Assembly: GCA_030141605.1 (NCBI GenBank)
Contig: JAQGDQ010000274.1
Span: forward strand, 1-64,000
DNA: 64,000 nt
DNA from: Tubiluchus corallicola
Lineage: Eukaryota; Animalia; Priapulida
Direction of reading: 5' to 3'
In this document: piece by piece, positions 12,601 through 24,114 of the stretch
How positions within the stretch are numbered: the stretch's first letter is position 1
Layout of the letters: the number at the start of each line of letters is the position of its first letter
Notes under the pieces: generated by a model
Databases searched by the model: none
The model's input: the letters and a program-made list of their open reading frames with translations, nothing else
What the model was told of the DNA's origin: nothing
Made by a program: the position numbers and the translations under genes

Positions 12601-15600
12601 TATGAAATACATCCGAAACCGAATCATCCCATGTTGCTTGGAAGAAGCAGAGACCCGCAGGAGTGATCACGTCTTGATACGTTTTGTAGAACTCATATGT
12701 TTTGAAAGTTCGTTCTTTTAAACTAAAACAGTGGAACAGAACTGTGTTAGATGTGGCAATTAATTCAATTTTTAATTGAATTTTAATCACTTTTCTGCAC
12801 AGAACATTGTGGCACAAACTGCACTGCAAAAATGAGAACAATAAAAAATTGCTAAGATTTAGTCATGGACATGCTGTTCCTTTTTTATATAACAAGCCTT
12901 TCACAGTTCCAGCGATTGATCATGATCGTGAAAATGTCAAAGGTTAAGTGTACCAGACAACGCATTTGTGTACACTTGACAACGCCTCGCAGCCCATACT
13001 ATTGTAAAAATAATTTTAATAGCTTTAATAGCTAGAACATTACCCAGTTCATTTTTTCTAGTAAATTACTCTACGCACAAACTAATGCATAATTAAGTGA
13101 ACTCTGTGCAAAACAACTAAAGTAACTGAACTAACGCTTCTGATGGCTTTGCTTTACCTACATGTCACGTGATGGTTGTAGTTAAGACGCGCTGCTGTGT
13201 TACACTTAACCTTTGACCTACAGCAACTGTACGAGTGCACAACGAAACTGAGAAAGGGATTATTGACACACCACAACTGAGAATCTAGCATTAAATTTTA
13301 ATAGTAGGGCATACTTAATGCTAATTTTGCGACGAGAACAAAACAAGGCTTGGGCATAACCAAGTGACGTCCCTCTAAGATGAGCCGCTAAGGTACATTT
13401 CACAGCCCCTGTATGAGAGGAACAGCCAGAAACAGAATGACACGTGCAACGACCCAGGGCAAGTACTGGATGCAGGCGATTAAGAGTCATTCATTTGCGA
13501 GACCATTCGGTTTCTGACAAAAGGAAACTAATTCACTTTCATACTTTTGTTAACTTTTTAAAACAATGAAACTAGTTTTAGTTTCAAATTTCTTTTTGTT
13601 ATAACAAATTATAGCAAGTCCTCGCTTATAGACTCCGCATTTAGTGACGTTTCGATTTAACGACGCCGATCATTTGTCACCTTAACGACGCGCGTTTCGC
13701 TTTAACGATGATTTCTTCTAGTTTGCTCAACGCAAATTTTTATTTGACAAACAAAATTTTTACCTAAATTGATGCATTAAAACAGCTCATACTGTGTTAT
13801 TTTCTTCTAAAAACACACTAGTAATGCAGAGTGCGATTATTATGCTTTTGCTTCCCAAACGACTACCGACGCTACTACTGTGTTACTTTAGCAGTTTGTA
13901 CCAAGTGACCAGCCAGCAATTTTGTCTGCAACCTTTTGCTGTAGCAACCAGGCTACGTATGTAGGTAAAATTCCCAAGGTCAAGGCTTGGCTTTGACTCT
14001 GCAGTGTTTATTTTTAACAGCTGACTAGGATTAAACGTAAATGAAAGAGAAACCACTATAGTTAGGTACGGGTAAGTAAAATATATACAGGCAAACAGGA
14101 AGACATTAATCAGTAGAAATATGAATAAAATTCCTAATATATTTAACTTATATGACTTAAGCAGCATTGATTTTGTGTTTGGAACGTATGTCAATTTTTT
14201 TTACATTACTTTCTATAGAAGACTTGGCTTCTTTTAACGACGTTTCGCTTAACGTTGCCGTTTGTTGGAGCTCATTAGCGTCGTTAAGCGAGGACTTACT
14301 GCAATTTCACTTAAAGTTGTTGAAACAGCAACTGGTTCAAGGAACTTTTCAACTCTGAACTTAAAGCGAGTAATACGTAGAAATACTGACCAGCTGCTTG
14401 ACCTTTTTTCTTTGCTAAAGTCAAACTTTGCATCCTGTTTGTAAAGAAGAAAAACATATCTTTGGTAGCCGGTCCCTCTAGCTGGAAATGGTTGTAGGTA
14501 ATCACATAGGACTTCACCACTGTTAACTTTGTCTTCTGGGATGTTAACCCTGAAACAAATATATATATATATATATATATACAGTAGGCGCCTCTTAATA
14601 GACTCATAAGTTCTCATAAAATACGTAGTGCTTGGCGCGCTTAAACTGTTGGTGGTGCACGTGTTTACCTGCAGCTTTGTCTGTAGTTTTGTCGTAAGAT
14701 CCCGCATGCCATTGTGACGTACTCCACTGTACCTGCTGTGTCCCTGGCATGACAGCAGCAACTAACTGATTAAACTTTCTGGCAAAGACAGCTAGAGCTT
14801 CAAAATCAAAGTGCTAAGCAAGTGACTAAATGTTTAGCTTTCAGGAATTTTTGGGTATCGAGGTTAATTGCAGTGGACGGGCGGGTCAAAGCAAACCATT
14901 AGGCTAGCATATAAGCGTATGATAAACGTTCCTGCTTACAAACAGAACGGTACTTAACATGATTGTTTCTATATATATTGTAGGACAAAAGTGAGCTAAG
15001 ATGATATAGCATACAAAAAAGCTTATTAGTCACAGGAAAGTGTCTTATTGAAGCATGTGAAGCAAAAATATTGAGTCAATGAAAGTCTGAAACTCATTCT
15101 GGGCTGTTTCATCTACATTCAATCTTCGTTGAAGGATGATAGTTTATACACACCCTAAAGTTGCTGATATACCTCTGTTGTGTTTCTTCTTATAGAATCA
15201 TTTATGATTTGAGCTAGATTCTGGTCCTTCCACAACACTGAGTAGACAATGCTGGTGAGTCCTGGATTTCACCTTATCACCATAAAAAAAACAGAGATCA
15301 AATTCTTGCACAATACTTACACAAGCCAATGCAAGTATTCAGATTCATTGTCCTGTAAATGACCATCTGGATTTGTCATCGCAAGTGACCACCAAGTTCC
15401 CTCCTCTGCGTTGTAGTGCACATGGGGCGGTGTAGTTGCCTAGCAACAGAATTTACACAATACAATGCCTTGTAACTAGATGTGACAAGTCTGCTTTTAC
15501 TAATCACACATATTTGCTGTAAAACCAAAATAACAGAGCAATACTTTTCGACAAGCCACCTTCTATACAACATGTTAAACTATTTAACTTAAAAGTTAAG

Positions 15601-18600
15601 AGGCTACAAGAGCTGAAGAAAATAGAATTAAATGACTTCTTGGATACATGGTATTTAGGTTACGAATATTTTAACTTACAGTATAACTTACACTGATATT
15701 GTCGCTTTGGAGTAACCATACTTTGGACCATGTGACTGGATTATGGCAGCCGTTTGTTGCTAAGCTTTTACATGTTGTTTATACAATTAAATGTTATAAT
15801 GGACTGGACTCTTCAGATTTTAATAATACAACAAATGTGGTGTCAGAAGTGGGATTTTAACTCACACGTGCATTTGCAGACCATTCGTGGTGCTTCAACG
15901 GAAATGTAAATTTGTGATTTTTATTAAACTTATAATAGTCGATTATTAAAAAGTCAATTTATTAAACTTACAAGCATTTTTGATACAGTTAACTAAAATG
16001 CATCTGATCTAATAGTAAAAAATGAAATCAACATTTTCAGGTAATTTATAAATATCCTCTCTATTCTATCTGCATTTGTAAATATAGTTGGTATTTCTTT
16101 CATTAATGGGAACTGACTTTTTCTGTAATAGGTCGGAAAAATGCAAACTTTGCTGTGATCTTTCAAACGACATATGTGTGTTTGCAAACCAAAATTGTCC
16201 AAAAGTCTGCATAGTTAAAACTACGTTATGGTGCTTCAAAGTAGAATGCACCAAACTTTTGGTCTAATGTTAATTTTTTGTTTTTTTTAGAAAAAACAAG
16301 TGCAAAATATATTGTACACTTATATTTCAACATCTAATTATCAAGAAAATGTTCAAAAAACACTAAAAATTTAATTTTATAACTCTGTGCCCATTTCTCC
16401 GACTAGAAAATAGTACTGCAATTGTAAAAAACTTGTATTTTCAAACTTCGATAGTAGCTCATGGAAGCTGTCATTCTGCTTTGGTTTTTTTGTGTTGACA
16501 AACCCAAATCTTCATCAGGAAGAGCCATCTACTGGATTCAAACAACTTTAATGCACTCTTGCAAAGTCCATAGTAACTACACTTTCGTATGGTTGCTAAG
16601 TGTTTTGTAGAAACTTGCAAAAAACAATGGCTGACAGTGATTTTCTGAAGATTATATTTTTCAGTGTGTAACCTGCACCTCAACTTCAACGCGGACTATC
16701 TCAGCTTAGAAATAACATAGAGTGATGAACTTGGCATCAAAATGATCCTCAAGAAATAGAGATTCAGGATATGTGAATAACTAGAAAAGCTTAATTGCCG
16801 ACTTACGCACGATTTTGCTGTGATAAACATAATTGCATAAACACAAACATATTTTCTACACTTATCTTCAGTTCCTAAGCTACCTTTAAATTAAAAATTA
16901 ATTAAAAGGCAAAATTAAAAACAAGTGCATAATGTTTGACTAGCAAAGAAACATAAACGCTAGAATCCTGCTAAATAAAATGCCTCTAACTTGGTGTGAT
17001 GAAGCGCTACATCTGGGTACATCATTAACATCCGATGTCTCTGACAATACGGAAATGCTATCTAAACAAAATGATTTTATTTTTAGAATGAATAGTATCA
17101 TAAGTAATTGTAAATTTGTGAATAGCACAGATAAAACTAAAGTGTTTCGAACGTATCGCCACAGTTTTTATGGATCTCAAAATTGGAAACTAGACAACGG
17201 CTGTATAAATATTATTGATACAGCCTGGAACACTGGTGTCAGGAAGCTATTAGGCCAGTGACGATGCACGCATCGATGCATCATGATGCCTTTTGTAACG
17301 ATACGCGTATAGACAAAGTGCACCAGTATTGCGATAATGCGAATCGTTGATGTTTAGCACAAGCTTGACTGTCCGCTGTTAAAAACAGTGTGAAATAATT
17401 CAAGCTACAGCTGTAGTGCAACAATCAGTGTAGTGAGGGCAGCACATGTAGGCAGCTTGACCTTCACACAGGCAGACCTGCTTGACCTTGACACAGGCTG
17501 ACCTGCTGCTAGCAGCCAGACAAAGCGAAGCGGTTGAAACCAGTGTGTTTATAATAATGTATAGTAGGCTAATTACGTTTCTGTTTATAAGTTTTTGAAA
17601 TGGTTTGCAGCTAATGTAAACTAAAAAATGCACCAGCATATTTTAACTGAAAAAGTATTGAAATGTTTTGCATTTCTGGTGGCTTACAATGCAAATAATA
17701 CAAGAGTATAAACAGAAGTCAAACAGTTTGCTGAATTATTTTAGCACTTACCAATTTTAAAATTGTTTGATAAATCTAAATATATAAATATAACACATCA
17801 AGAGCTTAATCTAGTTTTTTTATTAAAGCGTGAGGTTAGTATCTTGATATGTATCGCATTGTGACTTAGGTGTATCGCAACAGCTATGGCAATTGACAGG
17901 TCGCACTCATAGATATATACTACAACATTTTACCAGAATTACGCCATCTAGTTACCAGTTTGATATTAGATTTGCTAAATTTTATGCATCTGTTGTGGAC
18001 ATCGCTGGCATCTATTAGAATTAAATAGAACATTGTAAAATGTTCCATTAGAATAATCGTCTTACATTGTAGAATGTTCTAGAAAAAAATGTCTAGAATG
18101 TTCCCTGGCACCCTATATAAGGCGAAGCAGGCCTTTGAGACGGGGACACACACGCAGATTCACACGGACGTATACTTACACATTCTCTTGTATACTTGTA
18201 TTTTCAGATACACTTAAACGTTTTCCAGATTATCATATTTACTGTAAACATTTCGCGTTCCTTCATACTTTTGTGTTGTAGAATTCTCACTTAATAAACT
18301 AGTTTAATTTGACGAAGTGTTTTCTGGTTTTCTCTACGAGCCTTCTGAAAGAAACAAAACACAACAGCATCGTGTCTTGCTAGTCAAAACTGTCTCATCA
18401 AGGTGAAAAATACAATTAATTCTGTAGACTCTGCTTTAGGTTTTGCGTTGTACAACTCACAACTATCGAGATATAAATCTAACAACAATCGAAATGTGTA
18501 TAAAACTAAAAGTGGAATTTCGCATGTAATACAGATTGTCTCTAAGTGTGCTTACAATGTGAAAATGAGCAGAATTATCTTGTATCATTTGTGAAAAATA

Positions 18601-21600
18601 TTGTGAATGCAATCGAGCGTAAACATTTTGTATTTTTGAACAGAAACGAACTTAATCTGATACCAGAATGAATATGTAAAATTAAGTAATGAATTATTTT
18701 TATTGTACATCCCCTTGACTAGCTGCTGTATTATTTAATGTTCCTATTTTTTACGCTAATAACAAATTAAAAATTGTACTACAATTTCAAAATAAATGTT
18801 GGCATCCTTCTCTCTCGGAAGACAATGGAGTGTGCACCAAGAGAGTCAGTTATTGATCACATTGATGGAGCTGCAGTGTCGACTGTGGCTGAGAAATCCG
18901 ATCCTTGAACCACTGGAGTGGCCTCTCCAGGGCACACGCCTGGGCAAGGTGTATGGAGATCCTGAGTTCCCCAGACAACAGGGACCCCCTCTCTTTCTCC
19001 CAGGTGTAGTCCAAAGGAAAGCGGAGCGACACGTTTGGCACCAGGTTGGCTGCAGGAGCTGCCGGAGTCAGTGAGCATGCTGTACTGGTCCGCCTTCGGG
19101 GCTCCACTCCTGATTTGGAAGGTTTACTCCTCAACACACGGCCGTTGGGTCACTTGACACTCTAGCCTTTGGCTGCTTGTGCAGCTCCTCCCATCCAAGT
19201 ACTAACGTGGCTCTACGTTGCTTAACTTTGGTGATCAGACGAGAACCGGTGTTTTCAATGTGATATGGCCATAGTATTGATTATGATCAAAATATATAGT
19301 AATGATAAAATACCAACCTTATTTGTTTTTTGTCGTTGCAATGCTTCGTAAATTCCACATTGTTACACGAAATTAACAACCTTGCCACTTTCTCGTGAGG
19401 GCAACTATACTGACTTGAATTTCAAACAAGAGTTTTCAAAAGCTTAGAAATCAAAGTTGTGTTTTTACCTCTGATGGATGGACAAAGTTCCCATAGTGGA
19501 CAGGCGTCACAAATTCGCTGTCGAAATCATATTCCACTGACAACGGCACGTACGGGATAAATTCTGCATATGGTCCTATGTAGTTAAAAAATGAGTATTT
19601 TTTATCGAGACAAAAAAATTCTACAGTTCAAATGAGACATACACTACAAAAAATAAATACAATCGCTACATTGTATGCACTACAAAAAATCAATACAATC
19701 GCTACATTGTACAATGTGTCATCTTTCATCACACTCGGCTTCGTCTTTTCTTCTGTCACGTTCCTCACACAAAATAAGAACTACACAATTTACTACGAGC
19801 AGAAAGTTTTGTAATGTAAGTGTTTCAAAATGGTAATGTCGGGAATATAGCAATAGCATGTTTCTGTGGCGGCTCGTGTGTAGCCACTGTGAAATAGCAG
19901 CGCCCGCTATTTTCACTCTGTGTTATCGATAACATTCAATACTATGAGCCTTTTTTCTCAAATTCTTTCTTTATACTTGCACATACTTGTAAATGTTTGT
20001 ACAGAACCAGAGCACATGACAGAACTGTGCGCTTGACAGCTCCAACAACGTGCCATTTGGTTGTTCTGCGCATGCGGCCATGTGCACATCGGAGATAAGA
20101 GGCTGCACACTAAGTAGAGAGAGTAATGTCACTCACGCAGTACCGACCTCACTGTGTGAGTAGTGCTTCTTTTGACTCAGTGTGTGTTGTGCTTAAGAAC
20201 CGTGTACTCTATTCTTGAATGTGATAAAATGTAGAATTAGATTATTATCATGCTTTAAGCATTCCATTTAATTCATAGTTTTTTCTGTTCTTTTATTTTA
20301 GAGAAAATTTATATAATTTAACCATGGCCCCTTCTTGCATCCCAAAGAAATAAGTTCTGTGACTATAAATGAACCTCAACGATGTTTTACACAATATTAA
20401 AACAATAGTAAAAAATTTTTAAAGCAGCATTCTCACCAATTTTTGCTACGAGCCGCCATTCGCACACTTATCAGAAACTGACTGTACACGTATGTTCAAG
20501 TGCTGGAATAAAACAGAGATGAAAAAAACAAAAAATAAAGTTTACCGAATAAATCTTTAAAAATCCCATAATGCTTTGCTATTGTTTTCAAATGATGGGG
20601 ATACAAAGTTTCGTGCCAGTCTTTTCGCAGCTGATCATAATCAATCTTCACTGTAACGAAAATTCACGTCAATCAACATTTATAATAACTGGGGTAAAAC
20701 AAAATTATAAAATTTTCAGTACCATAAAATTCTGACACATACAAGTCGAAAGCAATGTACCGGCATAGGACAAGTGAAATGATTTTTAAAATGATTTTTA
20801 CTGATCTCTGATTTGCTAGCAATCTACTGGACTAACAAAAAAGTTCATGACAAAGTGAAATTCGCAGGATAGGTAGTATTTACGAATTAAAATCTGTTAG
20901 TTCAGTGTTTGCCTGAAGACGTCACTTCATTTCACATTTGGAGCTTGTAAATTAATCTTATCATCTGTTAGAGTTCTAAAAGCATGCATGGCTCATTGTA
21001 AGGAAGCTAATATTAAAGTAATATAATGGTTAAGGTAAAACCGGACGATTGTGTAGACATTAGTTCAAAATGAAATATGCTCTAAAATATCGAAAACTAC
21101 AACACTTTTTTTTAAATCAAAGCTTAGAATAAATAATGATTACCTTCAATTTTGTTTTTGTTAATCTTTCAAGACTATGCACGTCTCAACGAATCAACTA
21201 AGACTGGCAATGATGCCTTTTAGTCACATTTGCCAACAAATAGGCGCAGTACATAACCATGATCATGAACTGCAGCATTCGACTGTGTCGTCAGTGTGAA
21301 GTAGAGCTCATTTTCATGACATCACATCAGCATTTTATAGCAATTTTGCTTGCTCAAACATGCTTGACGCGCAGGAAAGAAGCATACCACTGCAGAAACT
21401 GTGGTTAGTTTGTGACATAAGCAATACCTGTGTTCGGTCGCCATTAATTAAGTTTCCAAGGTAATTATTAAGATATTAGAAACAATTGTTAATTTTTGTA
21501 TGCAACAAAATGTATAATTTGCACAGTAAATTAAAGTGAGATTGAGTCTAGTCAATTGTCCGATTTTCCTTTAAAGTAAATTTTCGTATGCATGGGTTTC

Positions 21601-22438
21601 ACATTTTAAAACACACAAACAACAGTTTTGAAATATCAGTTAACTAGTTAATCAAAAGTAACATGTAAAAAGGACCGGTAATAAACAGGACAAAATATTG
21701 TTTTAAAAAAGAACCAAACAAAGTTTAATTACAGCTGGAAAACATACATGTTCTAAGTCTGGATGATTGCTCCAATGCGCGATTTTGTCTTTTCTGCCAG
21801 TTTACCTCTCTTCTCGATCTAATTAAATCCCGCTTGTTTATCGTAGGAGGTGGAAGTCCTATATCAACAGACGGCACGGGATCTTTCACTCTAGTTCCTG
21901 GAAAATAGATTACAGACGATCTAAGCTAAAATTTGACAAAGCAAAGTATGTTGTATAGAGTTCTTACAGATGTCTTCAGAATAGAAAAGACTTGCATTGA
22001 TATACCAATTCATGGCATGAAAAATAAACTAAGGCCGACAATAAAAATACTTCTGTTTCCGTCTAATTGCCCGAGTAATATTTTTTATCGCACACCCGGC
22101 CTGGAATTTTCTTTTGTACGTTCATACATTTATTTGATGTAGTTGTATAAAAGCCAATCCCTTAACCCTGTTTTAGGTGGCAGAAAAATTTCAGCCGGTA
22201 GGTTTATTTTTCGGTACACAACCAGGATACTACGACAGTAAAGACTAAATTAAGATTGTAAAATGACTTATTTACGTTTCAGATAGTCCTCCAAGGTTTC
22301 TTCTACATCTTGCGGCAACCTGTATTTCGGACCTTTTTTGAGAGTAGCCTGGCTACCATGCCTCGCGAAGAAAGCTACAGCAAAACGAATACTTTGAGAA
22401 AAAGCAGTATTTCTCGTTCTCACCAAGCAAGTTGCCAT
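6624..22438 (-). CDS. MRPL38: Mitochondrial large-subunit ribosomal protein mL38 (PEBP domain), 9 coding exons, about 414 aa
   Basis: Manually spliced GT-AG exons on - strand: 22276-22438 (ATG), 21748-21897, 20546-20650, 19469-19575, 15321-15439, 14391-14549, 12592-12722, 10539-10626, 6624-6846 (TGA). Total 1245 nt with all intron phases compatible. Peptides [83 protein letters not shown] and YLDHYRD match recalled mL38 motifs. The N-terminus is Arg/Ala-rich, like a mitochondrial targeting peptide. Confidence 0.96.
7022..7400 (+). mobile_element. MITE family D, partial copy
   Basis: Homologous to 16172-16835, 36634-37288 (opposite orientation) and 54629-55289. Confidence 0.7.
9207..9627 (+). 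mobile_element. hAT-like MITE family K
   Basis: Reverse-complement homolog at 44503-44924; CAGGG/CCCTG-type termini. Confidence 0.65.
9782..10297 (+). mobile_element. Kolobok-like MITE family B, copy 1
   Basis: Homologous to 21034-21570 and 62637-63190; right end abuts TTAA. Confidence 0.7.
10801..11496 (+). mobile_element. Tc1/mariner-pogo (Tigger-like) MITE family E, copy 1
   Basis: TA-CAGTAAATCCTCACTTAACGAC ... GTCGTTAAGCGAGGACTTAATG-TA; homologs at 13612-14301 and 37513-38178. Confidence 0.8.
11764..12086. repeat. Minisatellite, 55-56-bp unit, about 5.7 copies
   Basis: ATAGAGGTCCTCTAAAGTACTTATATAGTACGTAACTGTGCATAGAGGTTATCCTT repeated in tandem. Confidence 0.9.
12894..13261 (-). mobile_element. 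MITE family A, copy 2
   Basis: Reverse-orientation homolog of 49541-49928. Confidence 0.75.
13612..14301 (+). mobile_element. Tigger-like MITE family E, copy 2
   Basis: TIRs and internal sequence shared with 10801-11496. Confidence 0.75.
14582..15085 (-). mobile_element. Tc1/pogo-like MITE family F, truncated copy
   Basis: Starts TA-CAGTAGGCGCCTCTTAATAGACTC; internal part is the reverse complement of about 39090-39400. Right boundary approximate. Confidence 0.6.
15838..15883 (-). pseudogene. tRNA-Leu 3'-half remnant including CCA (reads as an LTR primer-binding site on the + strand)
   Basis: + strand TGGTGTCAGAAGTGGGATT is complementary to the mature tRNA-Leu 3' end (...AATCCCACTTCTGACA-CCA, from memory); degenerate similarity extends to about 46 nt; no 5' half. 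Confidence 0.6.
16172..16835 (-). mobile_element. MITE family D copy
   Basis: Homologous to 36634-37288. Confidence 0.75.
17251..17886. mobile_element. hAT-like MITE nested in the LINE remnant
   Basis: Imperfect TIRs TAGGCCAGTGACGATGCAC / GTGTATCGCAACAGCTA; removal roughly rejoins the LINE peptide (VRKL to WQL). Confidence 0.6.
17991..18366 (+). mobile_element. Solo LTR (376 bp)
   Basis: TGTTGTG...CACAACA termini, perfect 5-bp TSD GCATC (17986-17990 / 18367-18371), TATATAA at 18114 and AATAAA at 18293. Confidence 0.9.
18796..19274 (-). mobile_element. 5S rRNA-derived SINE (SINE3-type), copy 1, with rearranged head-body junction
   Basis: 19190-19274 is the 5' part of 5S rRNA on the - strand; body is highly similar to 41387-41750. 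Confidence 0.85.
19863..20460. mobile_element. hAT-like MITE
   Basis: TIR pair CTGTGGCGGCTCGT / ACGAGCCGCCATT. Confidence 0.5.
21034..21570 (+). mobile_element. Kolobok-like MITE family B, copy 2
   Basis: TTAA-GGTAAAACCGGACGATTG ... CAATTGTCCGATTTTCCT-TTAA. Confidence 0.8.
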
Positions 22439-22559
22439 TTTGCGTTCACGAAATATTGACATTCGTATTGTGTGTCGCATTGTGAAATTAAGTGCACTCC
22501 CTGGGCCTACAACATGAAGAATAGAATTATAATACTTATTACGCGTTACTAATGCTCGA

Positions 22560-22970
22560 GGGTAGAAATGAGCATCAAAAGTTCGAGTTCGAATGCTCGA
22601 ATTCGATTGGAACGAGTTTTTTTAGGTCGAATTCGATTCGATCCTAAAATCATAGATTTGAAAATTCAGCACTTCAGTCTCATACATTCTTTATCATTAA
22701 AATGTTTGAAACACTGCAATTAGAACAATTTAGCTGCAGTTTCTGGGCAAATTTTTTTAAAGAACAAATTGTGGCTTTACTGCAGAACAAAATCAAGTAA
22801 CATGCATAATGTTTGTTAGACCACTTTTTACTAGTGGTTCGAAAATCTTTCAAACTCAATTCGAATTTGATTCGAATTTAAAATAGTAAAATTAGGTTCC
22901 GTTGGAATTTGAAAATCGCAAATTCGATTCTAGTCAAATCTGCTTTCTATTAGAAAATGCTCACCCTACT
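22560..22970 (+). mobile_element. hAT-like MITE family L (TTCGA-rich subtermini)
   Basis: Homologous to 60531-60919; TGAGCAT...ATGCTCA inverted termini. Confidence 0.6.
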
Positions 22971-23365
22971 CATCAGTCATGAGAAAAATTAAATACCTTT
23001 GGAAAAAAATCAATAAAGTAGCGATTGAATAATGACTAAATTTGTTTTGACATATTCCAATAATGATCTATTCGGTTCACACTGTATGTCAATTATAATT
23101 ATAAACACTTTTATAATAATAATTACCAATTGCTACCTCCATCACTCTTGTACCTTACAATTGATTCAAAAGCAGGACCAATAAGAATAGCTGCATAGCA
23201 CATCATTAATAATCATGCAATTAAGCAACATTTGATCAAATTAGTAAACGAATGGGTGACTACACTGGAAGCTCATTCTAGGCAATTTAATTTGGCAAAC
23301 TGGCCCTGCTCTGATTATTTTCTGAGCCATGTTAAGTAAGGATAATGTTTTCACATAACAGGGTA

Positions 23366-23500
<135 letters not shown>

Positions 23501-23504
23501 TTGT

Positions 23505-23728
23505 AGATTGTGGCAAAACAGATGCCTACAAAATGAAAATATTTCAGATATATGGACAATTACCATTACCTGCGTGTACACATAATAATAATAATATCAA
23601 AAATAATAATAATAATTATTATTATTATATTATCATCATTATCATTATTACGTGTACACGCAGGTAAGGGTAATCGTCCATATATCAGAAACATTTACTT
23701 TTTGTAGGCATCGGTATTGCCACATTCT
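23505..23728. repeat. About 224-bp imperfect palindrome
   Basis: Left arm AGATTGTGGCAAAACAGATGCCTACAAAA...TTACCTGCGTGTACAC pairs with right arm GTGTACACGCAGGTAA...TTTTGTAGGCATCGGTATTGCCACATTCT around a TAA/TTA centre at about 23615. Confidence 0.85.
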
Positions 23729-24114
23729 TCAGGGTTAATATTGTACTTAGTAGTCATTACCTTACTTGCCCGATCTACGTTACCTAGGAACAACATTATT
23801 AGCACACGAGTAGCATTACATAATAGACATTCAAATCCAGCCTTCAGTATGAATAAAGCGGAGCCGATTTGCAAAAAACAGCAGTTACCGTTTTATGACG
23901 TCCAGTGCAGCTAAGTCTATCATTCATAGTTTTGCGAAGCGCCATGCTTATATTTTGCTGAGTACTAGATGTTTGTATCGATGGTCGTTGCTTTTTATGT
24001 TTTTGAGTTTATTTAGTTTTCGGCGAAATCGATGTTATGAACAATTATTGAACTTTCAGCCTAATTTAGAAAGCTACTGATAAAGAACACATTTTTTCTT
24101 TACCTGTTTCAGCA

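Larger units (their letters stand above)
16960..18600 (+). mobile_element. Decayed LINE (C-terminal part of RT ORF) split by two insertions
   Basis: ORF 16980-17250 (HLG...[16 protein letters not shown]...AWNTGVRKL) continues after the MITE as [12 protein letters not shown]...RFAKFYAS and after the solo LTR as [10 protein letters not shown], typical of non-LTR RT C-termini. Outer boundaries approximate. Confidence 0.7.

Noticed and set aside
15838-15883. Functional tRNA-Leu gene
   Set aside because: Only a degenerate 3' half; T-loop mutated; no D-arm or anticodon arm.
18796-19137. Overlapping GC-rich ORFs also present at 41362-41830
   Set aside because: They arise from the GC-rich SINE body and show no recognisable protein motif.
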